Below, piece after piece: positions 11,755 to 22,489 of a stretch of 64,000 nucleotides of DNA (position 1 is the first letter of the stretch; the number at the start of each line of letters is the position of its first letter). Under the pieces are notes generated by a model that worked only from the letters and a program-made list of their open reading frames with translations, was not told where the DNA came from and did no database searches. Source of the stretch: Bacteroidia bacterium (lineage in GTDB: Bacteria > Bacteroidota > Bacteroidia > M30B66). The DNA lies in NCBI GenBank assembly GCA_965279035.1, contig OZ257142.1:352001-416000 (forward strand), written 5' to 3'. The translations under genes and the position numbers were made by a program.

Positions 11755-13077
11755 ATGACCAATCCCCTGAAAAGAGGTGTCATCTTTCCGCTTACGCTAA
11801 TCAACCTGGCGTTATTACTCATCCTGTCGGGATGTGGAAACGATGGCAATGGCTATCTGACCGGAGTACAGGGCCGAAAGAACTGGTTCCAAGAAGATCC
11901 TTATGGTATGGTATACATACCGATGGGATCCTTTAATATGGGACCAAGCGATCAAGATGTTGCTTTTGGAGTTACTTCTCAAAGCAAAACTGTTTCGCTA
12001 CCGGCCTATTACATGGATCAGACAGAAATTACCAATAACGAATACCGTCAATTTGTTAATTGGGTAAGAGATTCTATTGCTCGCCGTATTATTGGTGAGG
12101 AAAATGAAGACTTCCTTGTAACTACAGATGAAAACGGTGTTGATTATCCGAATCCTATCTTGAATTGGGATGAGAAATTCGATTACGATGAAGACGATTA
12201 CAGAGAAGCATTAGAACCAATGTTTCTTCCTGAAAACGAACGTTTTTATGGTCGTAAAGAATTTGATACACGTAAGTTTTTATACGAATACTGGTGGATT
12301 GACTATCAAGCGGCCGCTCGTAGAGGAAACAGAGCCCAAGGCTTAAAAGATCGTTCAGTGTTTATTAAACGTGAAACAATTCCAATTTATCCAGATACAC
12401 TGGCTTGGATTCATGATTTCACATACTCTTACAATGAGCCATTAACCAATATGTATTTTTGGCATCCTGGTTATGACGACTATCCTGTTGTTGGAGTAAA
12501 TTGGAAACAAGCACGTGCATTTTGTGTTTGGAGAACAAATCTTCGTAATGGATACTTATTTACTGGCGGAGAATCATATGAACAAAACTATCGCCTTCCT
12601 ACAGAATCTGAATGGGAATATGCAGCAAGAGGTGGACTAGATTTAAGTCCTTATCCTTGGGGCGGCCCTTATATTCGTAATAGTGTTGGGTGTTTCTTAG
12701 CCAACTTCAAACCTCTTCGAGGCAATTATATTGATGATGGTGGATTAACAACACTTCGTGCAGATTCATACAATCCGAATGCATATGGATTGTACTGTAT
12801 GTCAGGAAACGTAGCTGAGTGGACTTCAAATGCTTACGATGAATCAGCTTACAATTTTTCACACGATAATAGCCCAGACTACACGTATGAAGCTAAAAAC
12901 GATGATCCAATTGCATTGAAAAGAAAAGTTATTCGTGGTGGTTCATGGAAAGATGTTTCCTACTTTTTACAAACAGGAACTCGTACCTATGAATATCAGG
13001 ATACCTCAAAATGCTATATCGGATTCCGTTGCGTTGTATCATATATTGGTCGTGATAAAAACGACGTAGCAGAATAA
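11755..13077 (+). CDS. gldK: T9SS/gliding ring lipoprotein GldK/PorK (FGE-sulfatase domain)
   Basis: Lipobox LSGC, PYGMVYIPMGSFNMG, YPDTLAWIHDF, RLPTESEWEYAARGG, RGGSWKD. Likely ATG at 11755. Confidence 0.93.
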   Translation: MTNPLKRGVIFPLTLINLALLLILSGCGNDGNGYLTGVQGRKNWFQEDPYGMVYIPMGSFNMGPSDQDVAFGVTSQSKTVSLPAYYMDQTEITNNEYRQFVNWVRDSIARRIIGEENEDFLVTTDENGVDYPNPILNWDEKFDYDEDDYREALEPMFLPENERFYGRKEFDTRKFLYEYWWIDYQAAARRGNRAQGLKDRSVFIKRETIPIYPDTLAWIHDFTYSYNEPLTNMYFWHPGYDDYPVVGVNWKQARAFCVWRTNLRNGYLFTGGESYEQNYRLPTESEWEYAARGGLDLSPYPWGGPYIRNSVGCFLANFKPLRGNYIDDGGLTTLRADSYNPNAYGLYCMSGNVAEWTSNAYDESAYNFSHDNSPDYTYEAKNDDPIALKRKVIRGGSWKDVSYFLQTGTRTYEYQDTSKCYIGFRCVVSYIGRDKNDVAE

Positions 13078-13149
13078 TTTCTTCAATGAACTTTTGCTTT
13101 TTAAGCCTTATAAATCAATCAAATCACACACACTTAACAACAAAAACAA

Positions 13150-13962
13150 ATGGCTAACTTTCTTGCATCAAAAAAAGGGAAACGAGTTATGGGGATGGTC
13201 TATGGGATCGGAGCCGCAATCGTTATCGTTGGAGCCCTTTTTAAAATTCTTCACTGGCCTGGCGCAAATGAAATGCTCATGGTAGGTCTGTTGACTGAAG
13301 CTGCAATCTTTTTCATTTCGGCTTTTGAAAAACCACATGAGGAACCAGATTGGTCTCTCGTTTATCCAGAATTAGCTGGTATGCATGATGATGAACATGG
13401 TTCTCATGGTAACAAAGCTGTAACAGCTGGCAAAGATGCCGTATCTCAGCAGCTTGATAAAATGCTTGAAGAAGCTAAGGTTGGACCTGAACTTATTGAA
13501 AGTCTTGGAAATAGCTTGAAAGCCCTTGGAGATAACACTGCTAAACTTGCGGATATCACCGATGCTTCCGTAGCTACAAACGACTATGTTTCCAATATTA
13601 AGAAAGCATCACAAAGTGTTGAAGGTCTTTCAGAATCTTATATTAAAGCATCAGAGTCTCTTACTGGCTTGTCAATGACAAATGAAGACGGTGCTACATA
13701 TGGTGATCAACTTCAAAAGGTTTCTAAAAACCTGTCTGAGCTGAATTCAGTTTATGAGTTACAATTAAGAGGCGCAGAACAACATACACAGGCAACTTCA
13801 CGTTTCTATGAAGGAATCGAAGCCTTGATGAGTAATCTTCAAGATTCCGTTTCTGATACTAAGAAATACAAAGAAGAAATGTCACAGTTAACAAGCAACC
13901 TGACTTCCCTCAATACAGTCTATGGTAACATGTTGACTGCAATGAACATCAACAATCGTTAA
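13150..13962 (+). CDS. gldL: T9SS/gliding motor protein GldL/PorL
   Basis: YGIGAAIVIVGALFKILHWPG, GLLTEAAIFF, PDWSLVYPEL, LNTVYGNMLTAM. Confidence 0.96.
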   Translation: MANFLASKKGKRVMGMVYGIGAAIVIVGALFKILHWPGANEMLMVGLLTEAAIFFISAFEKPHEEPDWSLVYPELAGMHDDEHGSHGNKAVTAGKDAVSQQLDKMLEEAKVGPELIESLGNSLKALGDNTAKLADITDASVATNDYVSNIKKASQSVEGLSESYIKASESLTGLSMTNEDGATYGDQLQKVSKNLSELNSVYELQLRGAEQHTQATSRFYEGIEALMSNLQDSVSDTKKYKEEMSQLTSNLTSLNTVYGNMLTAMNINNR

Positions 13963-14005
13963 TTCTTAGGAATTTCTCACACCATAATCCTAAAGCGAAG
14001 AAAAA

Positions 14006-15583
14006 ATGAGTGGAGGTAAGGAAACCCCAAGGCAGAAAATGATCGGGATGATGTACTTGGTATTGACAGCGCTACTTGCGTTGAACGTATCTAAGGAAAT
14101 TCTTGAGGCATTTGTTGTAATGAACGAAGGTTTGGTGAAAACCAATACCAATTTTGAAGCGAATAATTCACTTTTATATGGTGCACTTAAAGACCAACTT
14201 GGTTTAGATGCAGTTCGTGCAAAAGTGCCTTATGAAAACTCGTTAAAAGTTAAAAAATGGTCTGATGAACTTCATAAAGCAATTCATGAAATTCAAGCTG
14301 AATTAATTGCTGCCGAAGACCAAGTTCCAAAAGAGGCTGCTGATACTTTAGCAGAAAACCTAGGTAAGGTTCAGAATAAAGACAAGTACGACAACTGTAC
14401 TCGTATTATGTGCGGAGAATCTGTTGATGGCTCTGGAGGAAAAGCCAGAGAGTTAAAAGACAAGATTATTGCATACAAGAAGAATCTACTTAGTGTATTA
14501 AATCCAGAAATTGCTAAAAAAACTCAATTAGGACTTGATACGAATGATCCTCCAAGAGAAGGAACCGAAGTCGATACTTGGGAAACTAATAAGTTTTATC
14601 ACCTTCCACTGGCTGCTCAAATTTCTGTTTTGACACAAATGCAAACTGAAGTTCGAAATGCAGAAGGTACCGTTCTAAATGAACTGTTCAAGTCTATTGG
14701 TGCGAAAACAATTAAAGTTGACAAATTAGCTGCTCAGATGATTCCGTCTTCAAGCGTTGTTACTTTGGGTGATGAGTTTTCTGCAAAAATCTTTGTTGCT
14801 GCTTTTAATTCATCTATGACACCTGATGTAACTGTTAACGGAAGGGCAATAACAGAAACAGATGAAACAGGTTCAGTTGTTTATAAAAGTCGACCTTCAT
14901 CAGAAGGTCCTCAAAAAATAAAAGCATCGGTTAAATTTATTAATGCCGAAGGAAAAGAAGAGGTTTCTGATGTAGAATATGAGTACATGGCTATTAAACC
15001 TGCCGCTGTTGTTTCCCCAACAAAAATGAATGTGTTTTATATTGGGGTTGATAATCCAGTATCTGTATCTGTACCAGGCTCTGATCCTACTAAAGTTAAT
15101 GCAAATATTGTTGGTGCTCCAGGAACCATGACTAAAGTGAAAGCAGGCGAATACATTGTGAAGGTTTCAAGTGGAACTAAATGTACTATTCCTGTTACTG
15201 TATCGGGTGCTAATAATAAATCCTCTTCAATGGGGGCTCCGGAATTTCGCGTTAAACGTATTCCAGATCCAACACCAATGCTTTTAGGTAAGAAAAGTGG
15301 AGAAGCCCTTTCAATTGGAGAATTAAAAACGGCTGGATACTTATCTGCTGTTTTGGAAGGATTCGATTTCCAAGCAAACTTTACAATTCAATCATTTGAG
15401 TTTGGGGCTAACATTGGAGGTTTTTACAAAACAGCTCAGGTAACTGGTAATCGTTTTGATGCTTCTGTTAACGCACTATTAAATCAAGTAAAACCAGGAG
15501 GTAAAATCTTCTTCTCTGATGTTCGTGCAAAAGGTCCTGATGGAACTATCAGAACGCTAACGGCTCAGTTCAAGGTTAAATAA
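14006..15583 (+). CDS. gldM: T9SS/gliding motor protein GldM/PorM
   Basis: TPRQKMIGMMYLVLTALLALNVSKEIL, KMNVFYIGVDNPVSVSVPG, FRVKRIPDP. Confidence 0.96.
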   Translation: MSGGKETPRQKMIGMMYLVLTALLALNVSKEILEAFVVMNEGLVKTNTNFEANNSLLYGALKDQLGLDAVRAKVPYENSLKVKKWSDELHKAIHEIQAELIAAEDQVPKEAADTLAENLGKVQNKDKYDNCTRIMCGESVDGSGGKARELKDKIIAYKKNLLSVLNPEIAKKTQLGLDTNDPPREGTEVDTWETNKFYHLPLAAQISVLTQMQTEVRNAEGTVLNELFKSIGAKTIKVDKLAAQMIPSSSVVTLGDEFSAKIFVAAFNSSMTPDVTVNGRAITETDETGSVVYKSRPSSEGPQKIKASVKFINAEGKEEVSDVEYEYMAIKPAAVVSPTKMNVFYIGVDNPVSVSVPGSDPTKVNANIVGAPGTMTKVKAGEYIVKVSSGTKCTIPVTVSGANNKSSSMGAPEFRVKRIPDPTPMLLGKKSGEALSIGELKTAGYLSAVLEGFDFQANFTIQSFEFGANIGGFYKTAQVTGNRFDASVNALLNQVKPGGKIFFSDVRAKGPDGTIRTLTAQFKVK

Positions 15584-15607
15584 TCCCATTTAAAAACCAC
15601 ATCTGTT

Positions 15608-16456
15608 ATGAAACGTATTGGATTTTTTGTGGTAATCATGTTTGCTCTGATAGGTAATTCTATCAATGCACAATCTGTATTAGGTGATGAAAAGGCCTAC
15701 GATGGAGTGTATAAACGCGAACATATTGCTAACCGCAAGCCGATTCCGTATACTCCAATTCGGGAAGCGGATGTCATGTGGAAACGTCGTATTTGGAGAA
15801 TCATTGATCTTCGTGAAAAAATGAATCTTCCACTTTACTACCCTATTTCTAACGATGTTAATGGCTTAAGAAGTTTAACAAACGTATTGTATAAAGCTGT
15901 TACAGAAGAAGTTTCTCTTCGTGTATATAGTGCTGCAACAGATGATTTCTCTGTAGAAATTACTCCGGGTGATGTTAAAAAACTAACGGAAAAGAGTTAC
16001 GAAAAAATGATTCCAAGTTCAATGGATCCAACCATTGATTCACTTGTTGTTATCTCAGAATCTTTTTCCCCTAGCCGTGTTAAAAAACTTCTAGTTAAAG
16101 AAGAGTGGTTCTTTGATCGTCAACGTTCGGTTTTGGATGTTCGTATTCTTGGAATTTCTCCTTTGTATGAACAAGAAGATAAAGAAAAAGGAGATCAGCC
16201 TTTGTTTTGGGTGTATTTCCCTGAAGCTCGTACAATGTTGGCTAAATACGATGTGTTTAATCGTTCCAACCCAACGGAAAGACGTTCTTTTGATGATATC
16301 TTCTGGAAACGCCAGTTTAGTAGCTACATCATAAAAGAAGAGAACGTTTATGATCGTGCTATCAATGAGTACAAAAAGGGGATGGACGCACTTCTTGAAT
16401 CTAATAGAATTAAAGAAGACATTATCATTTGGGAACACGATCTCTGGGAATTTTAA
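15608..16456 (+). CDS. gldN: T9SS/gliding protein GldN/PorN
   Basis: READVMWKRRIWRIIDLREKMNLPLYYP, KEEWFFDRQRS, LFWVYFPE, EHDLWEF. Confidence 0.95.
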   Translation: MKRIGFFVVIMFALIGNSINAQSVLGDEKAYDGVYKREHIANRKPIPYTPIREADVMWKRRIWRIIDLREKMNLPLYYPISNDVNGLRSLTNVLYKAVTEEVSLRVYSAATDDFSVEITPGDVKKLTEKSYEKMIPSSMDPTIDSLVVISESFSPSRVKKLLVKEEWFFDRQRSVLDVRILGISPLYEQEDKEKGDQPLFWVYFPEARTMLAKYDVFNRSNPTERRSFDDIFWKRQFSSYIIKEENVYDRAINEYKKGMDALLESNRIKEDIIIWEHDLWEF

Positions 16457-16491
16457 AGATAATTTTCAATTTGTTTAACCTCCACGCTTAC

Positions 16492-16528
16492 ATGAAAAAG
16501 GCTTTCCAGATCGGAAAGCCTTTTTCAT
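16492..16528. terminator. Bidirectional intrinsic terminator between gldN and manC
   Basis: Perfect 16-bp stem ATGAAAAAGGCTTTCC-agatc-GGAAAGCCTTTTTCAT between convergent genes. Confidence 0.9.
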
Positions 16529-16547
16529 TTTAACCCAATTTCTTTAA

Positions 16548-17645
16548 TCAAACAAACTCCTCCCCTTTCTCCACTTTTACATTCGTAACCATCTGCCGGA
16601 TTTCTTGTTCATCTTCCTTTTTACAAATCAATAAAATACCATCCGACTCAACAACAATAAAATCTTCAAGTCCTTGTATTACAACTAGTTTTTCTTTCGG
16701 AACACTAATTACACAATTCTTTGTTTCATAGGTCATTACGTGCTTCCCAATTATTGCATTCCCGTTTTTGTCTTTAATTGAATTCTCATACATAGATCCC
16801 CAAGTTCCCAAGTCGGACCATCCAAATTCAGAAGGAATTACAAAAACATTGGGAGCCTTTTCCATTATTCCATAATCAACAGAAATATTGGTGCACTGCC
16901 CATAAGCTCTTTCAATGAAATGGGCTTCTTCGTCCGTAAAATAGATGCTTCTGCCCTCTTTAAATACATTATCGATTTCAGGAAGGTATATTTGGTAAGA
17001 CTTAATTAAAGAGGATGCTGAAGCAATAAAAATTCCTGAATTCCAAAGAAAATCACCACTTGCAAGAAATGATTTTGCCAATTCCAAATTGGGCTTTTCC
17101 GTAAACGTTTTTACTCTTTTTATATCAAGCCCTTCATCCGAATTAGATTCGTTCACAAATTGAATATATCCATATCCGGTATCGGTTCGACTCGGGCGAA
17201 TTCCTAGTGTAATTAATGCATCTTCTTTTAGTGTAAATTCAAATGCTTTTCGAACCTGATCCAAAAAAACGGATTCCTTCAAAATTAAGTGGTCCGAAGG
17301 GGCAATAACAACTTGAGCATCAGGGTCATTAACCGTTATTTTATGAATAGCATAAGCAATACACGGTGCTGTGTTTCTTCGAGAAGGCTCTAATAATATT
17401 TGGTGATCAGAAAGTCCTTCAACTTGAGCTTTTACTAGTCCTACATAGCTTTTATTGGTAACAATATATATGTTTTGCCGAGGAATTAATTGCTCAAACC
17501 GATCAACCGTTTGTTGTAACAAACTTTTTCCTGTCCCTAATATATCTAGAAATTGTTTTGGGTTTTGTTGTCGACTCATTGGCCAAAATCGACTTCCAAT
17601 CCCGCCTGCCATTATGATGCAATACAAATGTGAATTTTCAATCAT
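16548..17645 (-). CDS. manC: Mannose-1-phosphate guanylyltransferase
   Basis: IMAGGIGSRFWPMSR, PKQFL, EPSRRNTAPCI, FTEKP, WNSGIF, WSDLGTW; no PMI domain. Confidence 0.93.
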   Translation of the reverse strand: MIENSHLYCIIMAGGIGSRFWPMSRQQNPKQFLDILGTGKSLLQQTVDRFEQLIPRQNIYIVTNKSYVGLVKAQVEGLSDHQILLEPSRRNTAPCIAYAIHKITVNDPDAQVVIAPSDHLILKESVFLDQVRKAFEFTLKEDALITLGIRPSRTDTGYGYIQFVNESNSDEGLDIKRVKTFTEKPNLELAKSFLASGDFLWNSGIFIASASSLIKSYQIYLPEIDNVFKEGRSIYFTDEEAHFIERAYGQCTNISVDYGIMEKAPNVFVIPSEFGWSDLGTWGSMYENSIKDKNGNAIIGKHVMTYETKNCVISVPKEKLVVIQGLEDFIVVESDGILLICKKEDEQEIRQMVTNVKVEKGEEFV

Positions 17646-17647
17646 AC

Positions 17648-18943
17648 TTAAATCTCCTTTAGTTTTAATATACTGGCTCTTAATGCTTGAATTACTTCTG
17701 GGATTTCTTCAGAAGAAGACGTTCCAACAGAAAGTCTATACCAAGGAGAATTCTGAGGAGATCCAAATGCATAAAAAGGAACCAATGCAACGCCAGCTTC
17801 ATCCAAAATATATTTTGTTGTATCTGCCGTTGATTCTAAACGCTTTCCTTGTGGTGTTATCTTCCCGCTTAAATAAATTAAAACAGTAAGATAAATGGCT
17901 GCCTGAGGAGCAACTGCATCAACAGGAAAACCTTCCCTTTTTAAGGCATTAAATCCATCATAAAAAGCAAGTAATCGACGATACAGACGTTCTTTCAAAT
18001 GAATCAAATAGGAATCAACTTTTGAACTGTTTTTTAAATATTCTGCCGTTGCAACTTGCTCCGCTTTTGGAGCCCAAGCACCAATATGGCCGAGAATGCT
18101 TTTCATTCGATCAATTATAAATGAAGGACCAAATGCCCATCCAACGCGAACGCCAGTTGCAGCAAATGACTTTGATATACCATCGATGAATACTGTATAA
18201 GGTCGCAATTCAGGTAGCAAAGAAATTGGATCAACATGTTCGGTGTTTCCAAATGTTAATGCCCAATAAATTTGATCATAAATCAAATACAGGGGTTTAG
18301 AACCTACAGGTCTTCTCTGATTTTCTTCAAGAACCAGTTTGCAAATATCCATTAATCCTTCTTTGGTAAATGTTGTACCAGTGGGATTTAAGGGGGAACA
18401 AAGAGCAAGTAGACATGCGTCACTTAGGTGATCTTTAAGCTCTTCGGCTGTTGGCATAAAATTGTTTTCAGGCCGAGTTTGGATCATTACAGCATTTGCC
18501 CCACTTAGGTGAGAATAATGATTATTATTCCATGAAGGAACTGGAAATACAACCTTGTCGCCTGGATCTACTATCGTTTGATAGGCCGCATAAATTAAAG
18601 GGCGAGCACCACTTGCAACTAAATATTCATTCGGGCTATAGTTCAATCCTTGCTTTAAGTGAATAAATGCAGAAATTGAATCTCTAAGTGATGAAATCCC
18701 ATTGGCGGCTGGATAATTTGTGTGATTTTCTTGGTATGCCTGAATGATTAAATCTCTAAGCAATTCGGGTATTGGAAAAATTGCAGGATCGAAATCTCCT
18801 ATAGTGAAATTAAATAGTGTATTCCCTTGCTTTATTTTTTCATTTATTTCACCTGCTAGTTTGATAATCTCAGACCCATGAAGAGTTGCAGCCATTTTAG
18901 AAATTGGAAGATCCAATTCTTCAACTATTTTTTCTTGATCCAT
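17648..18943 (-). CDS. PLP-dependent class I/II aminotransferase (aspartate aminotransferase-like)
   Basis: CSPLNPTG, IYDQIY, DGISKSFAATGVRVGW (PLP lysine), YRLSVG. ATG at 18943 preferred. Confidence 0.9.
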   Translation of the reverse strand: MDQEKIVEELDLPISKMAATLHGSEIIKLAGEINEKIKQGNTLFNFTIGDFDPAIFPIPELLRDLIIQAYQENHTNYPAANGISSLRDSISAFIHLKQGLNYSPNEYLVASGARPLIYAAYQTIVDPGDKVVFPVPSWNNNHYSHLSGANAVMIQTRPENNFMPTAEELKDHLSDACLLALCSPLNPTGTTFTKEGLMDICKLVLEENQRRPVGSKPLYLIYDQIYWALTFGNTEHVDPISLLPELRPYTVFIDGISKSFAATGVRVGWAFGPSFIIDRMKSILGHIGAWAPKAEQVATAEYLKNSSKVDSYLIHLKERLYRRLLAFYDGFNALKREGFPVDAVAPQAAIYLTVLIYLSGKITPQGKRLESTADTTKYILDEAGVALVPFYAFGSPQNSPWYRLSVGTSSSEEIPEVIQALRASILKLKEI

Positions 18944-18983
18944 TTCCTTTGCGCTTCTAAGAATGGGCAAGTTACAAATTCTT

Positions 18984-19604
18984 TCAGCCTACATCGGATA
19001 TCAGTTCAACTTCAGCCAATGGATTAATTAAATAATGCTTATTTGAACCAATCTCTTCACATCGAAAGTATTTTCTTCTTTGCTCCCCTTTTCTAAAAAT
19101 ACGACCTGTTTTGAGTTTGAATAATGCACTCATGGGTAAATCCTCAACAGTTAATGAAAAATTGCTGTCGAATTGCTTTAAAGACCTCATTAAATCCTCG
19201 TCAACACAACTACTTGCAGCCGGATTATTAATATACGTTTTAACATTCTTCAATACATCAGAAGGAAAAATTGAGTCCTGAAGAAATGGTATCATTAATC
19301 TTTTGAATTCGTTTTTCCATTCTATTCCGTGTGGCCGAACGCGATTATGATGGGTATTCCAAGTGGTGAAATGAGCAATTTCATGTATCAAGGTTATTAA
19401 AAAGGCATACTGATTTAAATTATAATTAATTGTTATAGTGTGTCCTCGATGTGTTCCGTGTGTAGGTCTAAAATCACCCAGTTTTGTTGCTCTTTCTTTA
19501 GTAATCTTTAAATGGATGCCATATTCAATTATCCATTCAACAATTAATTCAACGGCATTTTCAGGTATATATTTAATTAATACTTGAGTGTATTTCGCTT
19601 TCAT
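18984..19604 (-). CDS. SprT-like zinc metalloprotease domain protein
   Basis: RATKLGDFR, TLIHEIAH, PHGIEWK. Confidence 0.88.
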   Translation of the reverse strand: MKAKYTQVLIKYIPENAVELIVEWIIEYGIHLKITKERATKLGDFRPTHGTHRGHTITINYNLNQYAFLITLIHEIAHFTTWNTHHNRVRPHGIEWKNEFKRLMIPFLQDSIFPSDVLKNVKTYINNPAASSCVDEDLMRSLKQFDSNFSLTVEDLPMSALFKLKTGRIFRKGEQRRKYFRCEEIGSNKHYLINPLAEVELISDVG

Positions 19605-19822
19605 TCGTTTAACAAAGATGGAAAATCTTAAGATGTAAAAACCGTTTGAATAGTTAACATTTTCAATTGTTCTATTAGCATTTATTGTTAAACCATTACT
19701 GCTTAATAGAATAATTACATTTCACTATAATATTAGTCGGTAGTAAAATTTAAAGTAATTCTCTCGAAAAACAATTAACTACATCCTTGCTTTTTTGTAA
19801 CATTGGAATCCAACTCAATCCT

Positions 19823-20395
19823 ATGCGCTTTTATCTTAATTCTGGTTTTTTTGCCATCATAATTCTCCTCTTCTTCCTTCCTTTTATCGAAATTAAATGC
19901 AACGAATCAACCCTTGCTTCTATGAGCGGATTTGATTTAGCTACTGCGGGAGATATTTCAATGGAGGATCCTAGTATGGCTGAATATGTTAAGCAGAACA
20001 AAGAGTTTCAACAAATGAGTAATGAGAAGAAACGTCCTGATCCATTTACTATCAGCGTTTTGGTACTCTGTGTAGCAGGAGTCTTAATAAACGTGTTTTT
20101 GAAAAAATTTAAAGAGAGGCTTAGTATTGCTTTTTGCGCATTTAACATTGCTGTTTTGCTGCTTTTTAGGTATATTTTTCTCGATAAGTGGGATGAAAAA
20201 ATGCCCGATTCATCTGAGCTTGGTGGGTTTATTAAAATTAGCGCCGAGTTTGTTTCTGGATTTTGGATGGTTATTATTTCCTCATTTATTCTCCTTTTTT
20301 TAAATGGCTATTATTTATGGAGTAATAAAAAGGATCGCTATTCAACGGTATATGACCCTACAATTCCAGAGCCGGATACGCTTAATGAAGTTTAA
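19823..20395 (+). CDS. Hypothetical membrane protein (about 4 TM)
   Basis: FFLPFIEIKC...SGFDLA then three hydrophobic segments; ATG at 19823. Confidence 0.7.
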   Translation: MRFYLNSGFFAIIILLFFLPFIEIKCNESTLASMSGFDLATAGDISMEDPSMAEYVKQNKEFQQMSNEKKRPDPFTISVLVLCVAGVLINVFLKKFKERLSIAFCAFNIAVLLLFRYIFLDKWDEKMPDSSELGGFIKISAEFVSGFWMVIISSFILLFLNGYYLWSNKKDRYSTVYDPTIPEPDTLNEV

Positions 20396-20398
20396 AAA

Positions 20399-20935
20399 TT
20401 ATCGATACGTTCCATAAGAAATAAAATGTGAATTATAATAGGGTTCCTTAAGTCCGTTTATGACAACTCCTTTTTTAGTGCTTGCATGGATAAAATAATC
20501 CTCTGTTATATGCATTCCAACATGAGAAACTTTGTTCCCTTCGATCGTGAAAAAAAGTAAATCTCCTTCAAGTAAATTATTTTTCTCAATTTTTCTTGCT
20601 TTCTGCGACATCGCTAATGATGTTCTCTCTAGCTGTATTTTGAAAACCTTCAAATAAATACTCGAAACAAAACCAGAACAATCTGTTCCCGAAATGGAAC
20701 TTCCTCCATATTTATATGGTGTGCCAATCCATTCAGATATGGCTTTAATAAACTCTATATTAACAGTATTAGGTAGATGAATACCTAATTTATGCTCATA
20801 AAATGAAAGGTCGGATTTGTTATTTGATCTAGTGGTATGATTCGGACGATTCGTTCTACACGAACTAATGAATCCAATAAATAGTATAAAAAAGATTGCT
20901 CTTATTTGAAAATTCTGTTGCATTTCAAAAAACAT
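20399..20935 (-). CDS. NlpC/P60 (C40) peptidoglycan endopeptidase lipoprotein
   Basis: Lipobox ISSC, WIGTPYKYGG, DCSGFV, GDLLFF, HVGM, FIHAST. Confidence 0.92.
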   Translation of the reverse strand: MFFEMQQNFQIRAIFFILFIGFISSCRTNRPNHTTRSNNKSDLSFYEHKLGIHLPNTVNIEFIKAISEWIGTPYKYGGSSISGTDCSGFVSSIYLKVFKIQLERTSLAMSQKARKIEKNNLLEGDLLFFTIEGNKVSHVGMHITEDYFIHASTKKGVVINGLKEPYYNSHFISYGTYR

Positions 20936-22487
20936 ACGGGTTTTTCTGAATCAAATTTTCGAAATCAACAGGTTCAAATTCGGGAAATACCTTAATTCCA
21001 TCGTAATTCTTTTCAACCCCTTGATCAAAATATATTGTTATTAATGGCATTCCATCTTCAAAATAGCGCGTCCAGCTACCCTGTCTTTTTCCATTTTCGT
21101 ATTTCCCTTCCCATTTAATTTGGCCGTTCGTATACCAACTCTGATGGCGACCTTCTGGAATTCCGTCACTAAATTTTCCCGAAAATGATTTAGCCCCATT
21201 TTCATAATAATGGGTCCATGTACCATTCATTTTACCTGCTGTATAATTTCCGTATATCAATTGGTTGCCATCTTTATAATACCATTTTCCCTCTCTTTCT
21301 CCATCAATAAATTCTCCTTTAGAAAGGGTATCTCCATTTTCAAAAAACTCGGTTGAAAACCCATCTTCTTTCCCAGATAGATAATTTTCTTCCCTTAATA
21401 ATTTACCGCTTTCATAATACCATCGCCATGTTCCATTAGGCTTCCCTTTCACATAATTCCCCGATTGTTCTATTTTCCCGTCACTGAAAAAATAATTCCA
21501 TAGCCCTGTTTTTTGATCGTCAATATAATTCCCCTTCGCTTTAAGCTCTCCACTCAAATAAAATTCCTCCCAAGGCCCTTGTTTCAGATTGTTCTGATCG
21601 ACCTTTCCTCGTGCGCTTAAAAACCCATTTTCATACAATTCTGCATCGTTATTCATCCCTAACGAATCGAACGTTAAATGCATCCCAACCGGAAGATTAT
21701 TTGAATAGGATCCCATCGAACTTACTTTTCCTCCAGGAAAATATTTTTTCCTAACTTCTACACGAGTCAGTTCAATCGCATCTTTTTGTAAAACATCGTG
21801 TATGTATTTCTCAATTAGTATTAAATTACCTCTGCTATCATACTCCTTGAGATAGCCTTGCTTTAAGCCATCTTCATATTGTGTTTCTCGTTTGCTCGAA
21901 TAATCTGAATATAATTCAACCCACAAGCCCGTCTTTTGATTGGCTTTATTAAAGCGGTTTATGCGCAGCTGTTTATATAGTACACCTTGTTTATAATCGT
22001 ACAAAGTGATTGGAATTCCTTCTTCTGAAAACTCAACAGCCCTTCCCTCTTCCTTTCCATCTTTAAAAAACACACGCACTTTCTCTTTTCCCGAATCGTA
22101 ATATTGAATCGACCATCCTTGTTTAATATCATCTTTAAATTCCTCTTGATAAAGCAATTGCTCCTTTTCTCCAAACTGCTTTCTTAATCCTGACTTTTTC
22201 CCTTCAATAAAAGAGATGCTCGTTTTTAATTTTGACTTTGCGCCATAAAATTTCCATATACTATCTGATAATCCTTCTTTTAAGTTTCCTTGTGATTTTA
22301 ATGTTCCATCTTCAAAATAGTTTATCCACAACCCATTTGGTTTGTTTTTAACCATCCAGCCTTCGCTTGAAATTGCCCCATTTGAATAATAATAAACAAC
22401 TTTTTCCCTCGCCAAATTTACTTGGGAAAAAACTGTATTTGAAAAACACAATCCCAAGAAAATTAAATGAATGAAAAGACTTTTCAT
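20925..22487 (-). CDS. Exported MORN-variant repeat protein (YwqK-like repeats)
   Basis: Signal peptide, then many repeats of about 23-24 aa of the form G.W..YY.SG.L...G.Y..G. Confidence 0.85.
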   Translation of the reverse strand: MKSLFIHLIFLGLCFSNTVFSQVNLAREKVVYYYSNGAISSEGWMVKNKPNGLWINYFEDGTLKSQGNLKEGLSDSIWKFYGAKSKLKTSISFIEGKKSGLRKQFGEKEQLLYQEEFKDDIKQGWSIQYYDSGKEKVRVFFKDGKEEGRAVEFSEEGIPITLYDYKQGVLYKQLRINRFNKANQKTGLWVELYSDYSSKRETQYEDGLKQGYLKEYDSRGNLILIEKYIHDVLQKDAIELTRVEVRKKYFPGGKVSSMGSYSNNLPVGMHLTFDSLGMNNDAELYENGFLSARGKVDQNNLKQGPWEEFYLSGELKAKGNYIDDQKTGLWNYFFSDGKIEQSGNYVKGKPNGTWRWYYESGKLLREENYLSGKEDGFSTEFFENGDTLSKGEFIDGEREGKWYYKDGNQLIYGNYTAGKMNGTWTHYYENGAKSFSGKFSDGIPEGRHQSWYTNGQIKWEGKYENGKRQGSWTRYFEDGMPLITIYFDQGVEKNYDGIKVFPEFEPVDFENLIQKNPYVF

Positions 22488-22489
22488 AC

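Noticed and set aside
20925-22487. Toxin-antitoxin system (YwqK antitoxin)
   Set aside because: There is no adjacent toxin gene. The protein is exported and only shares MORN-variant repeats.
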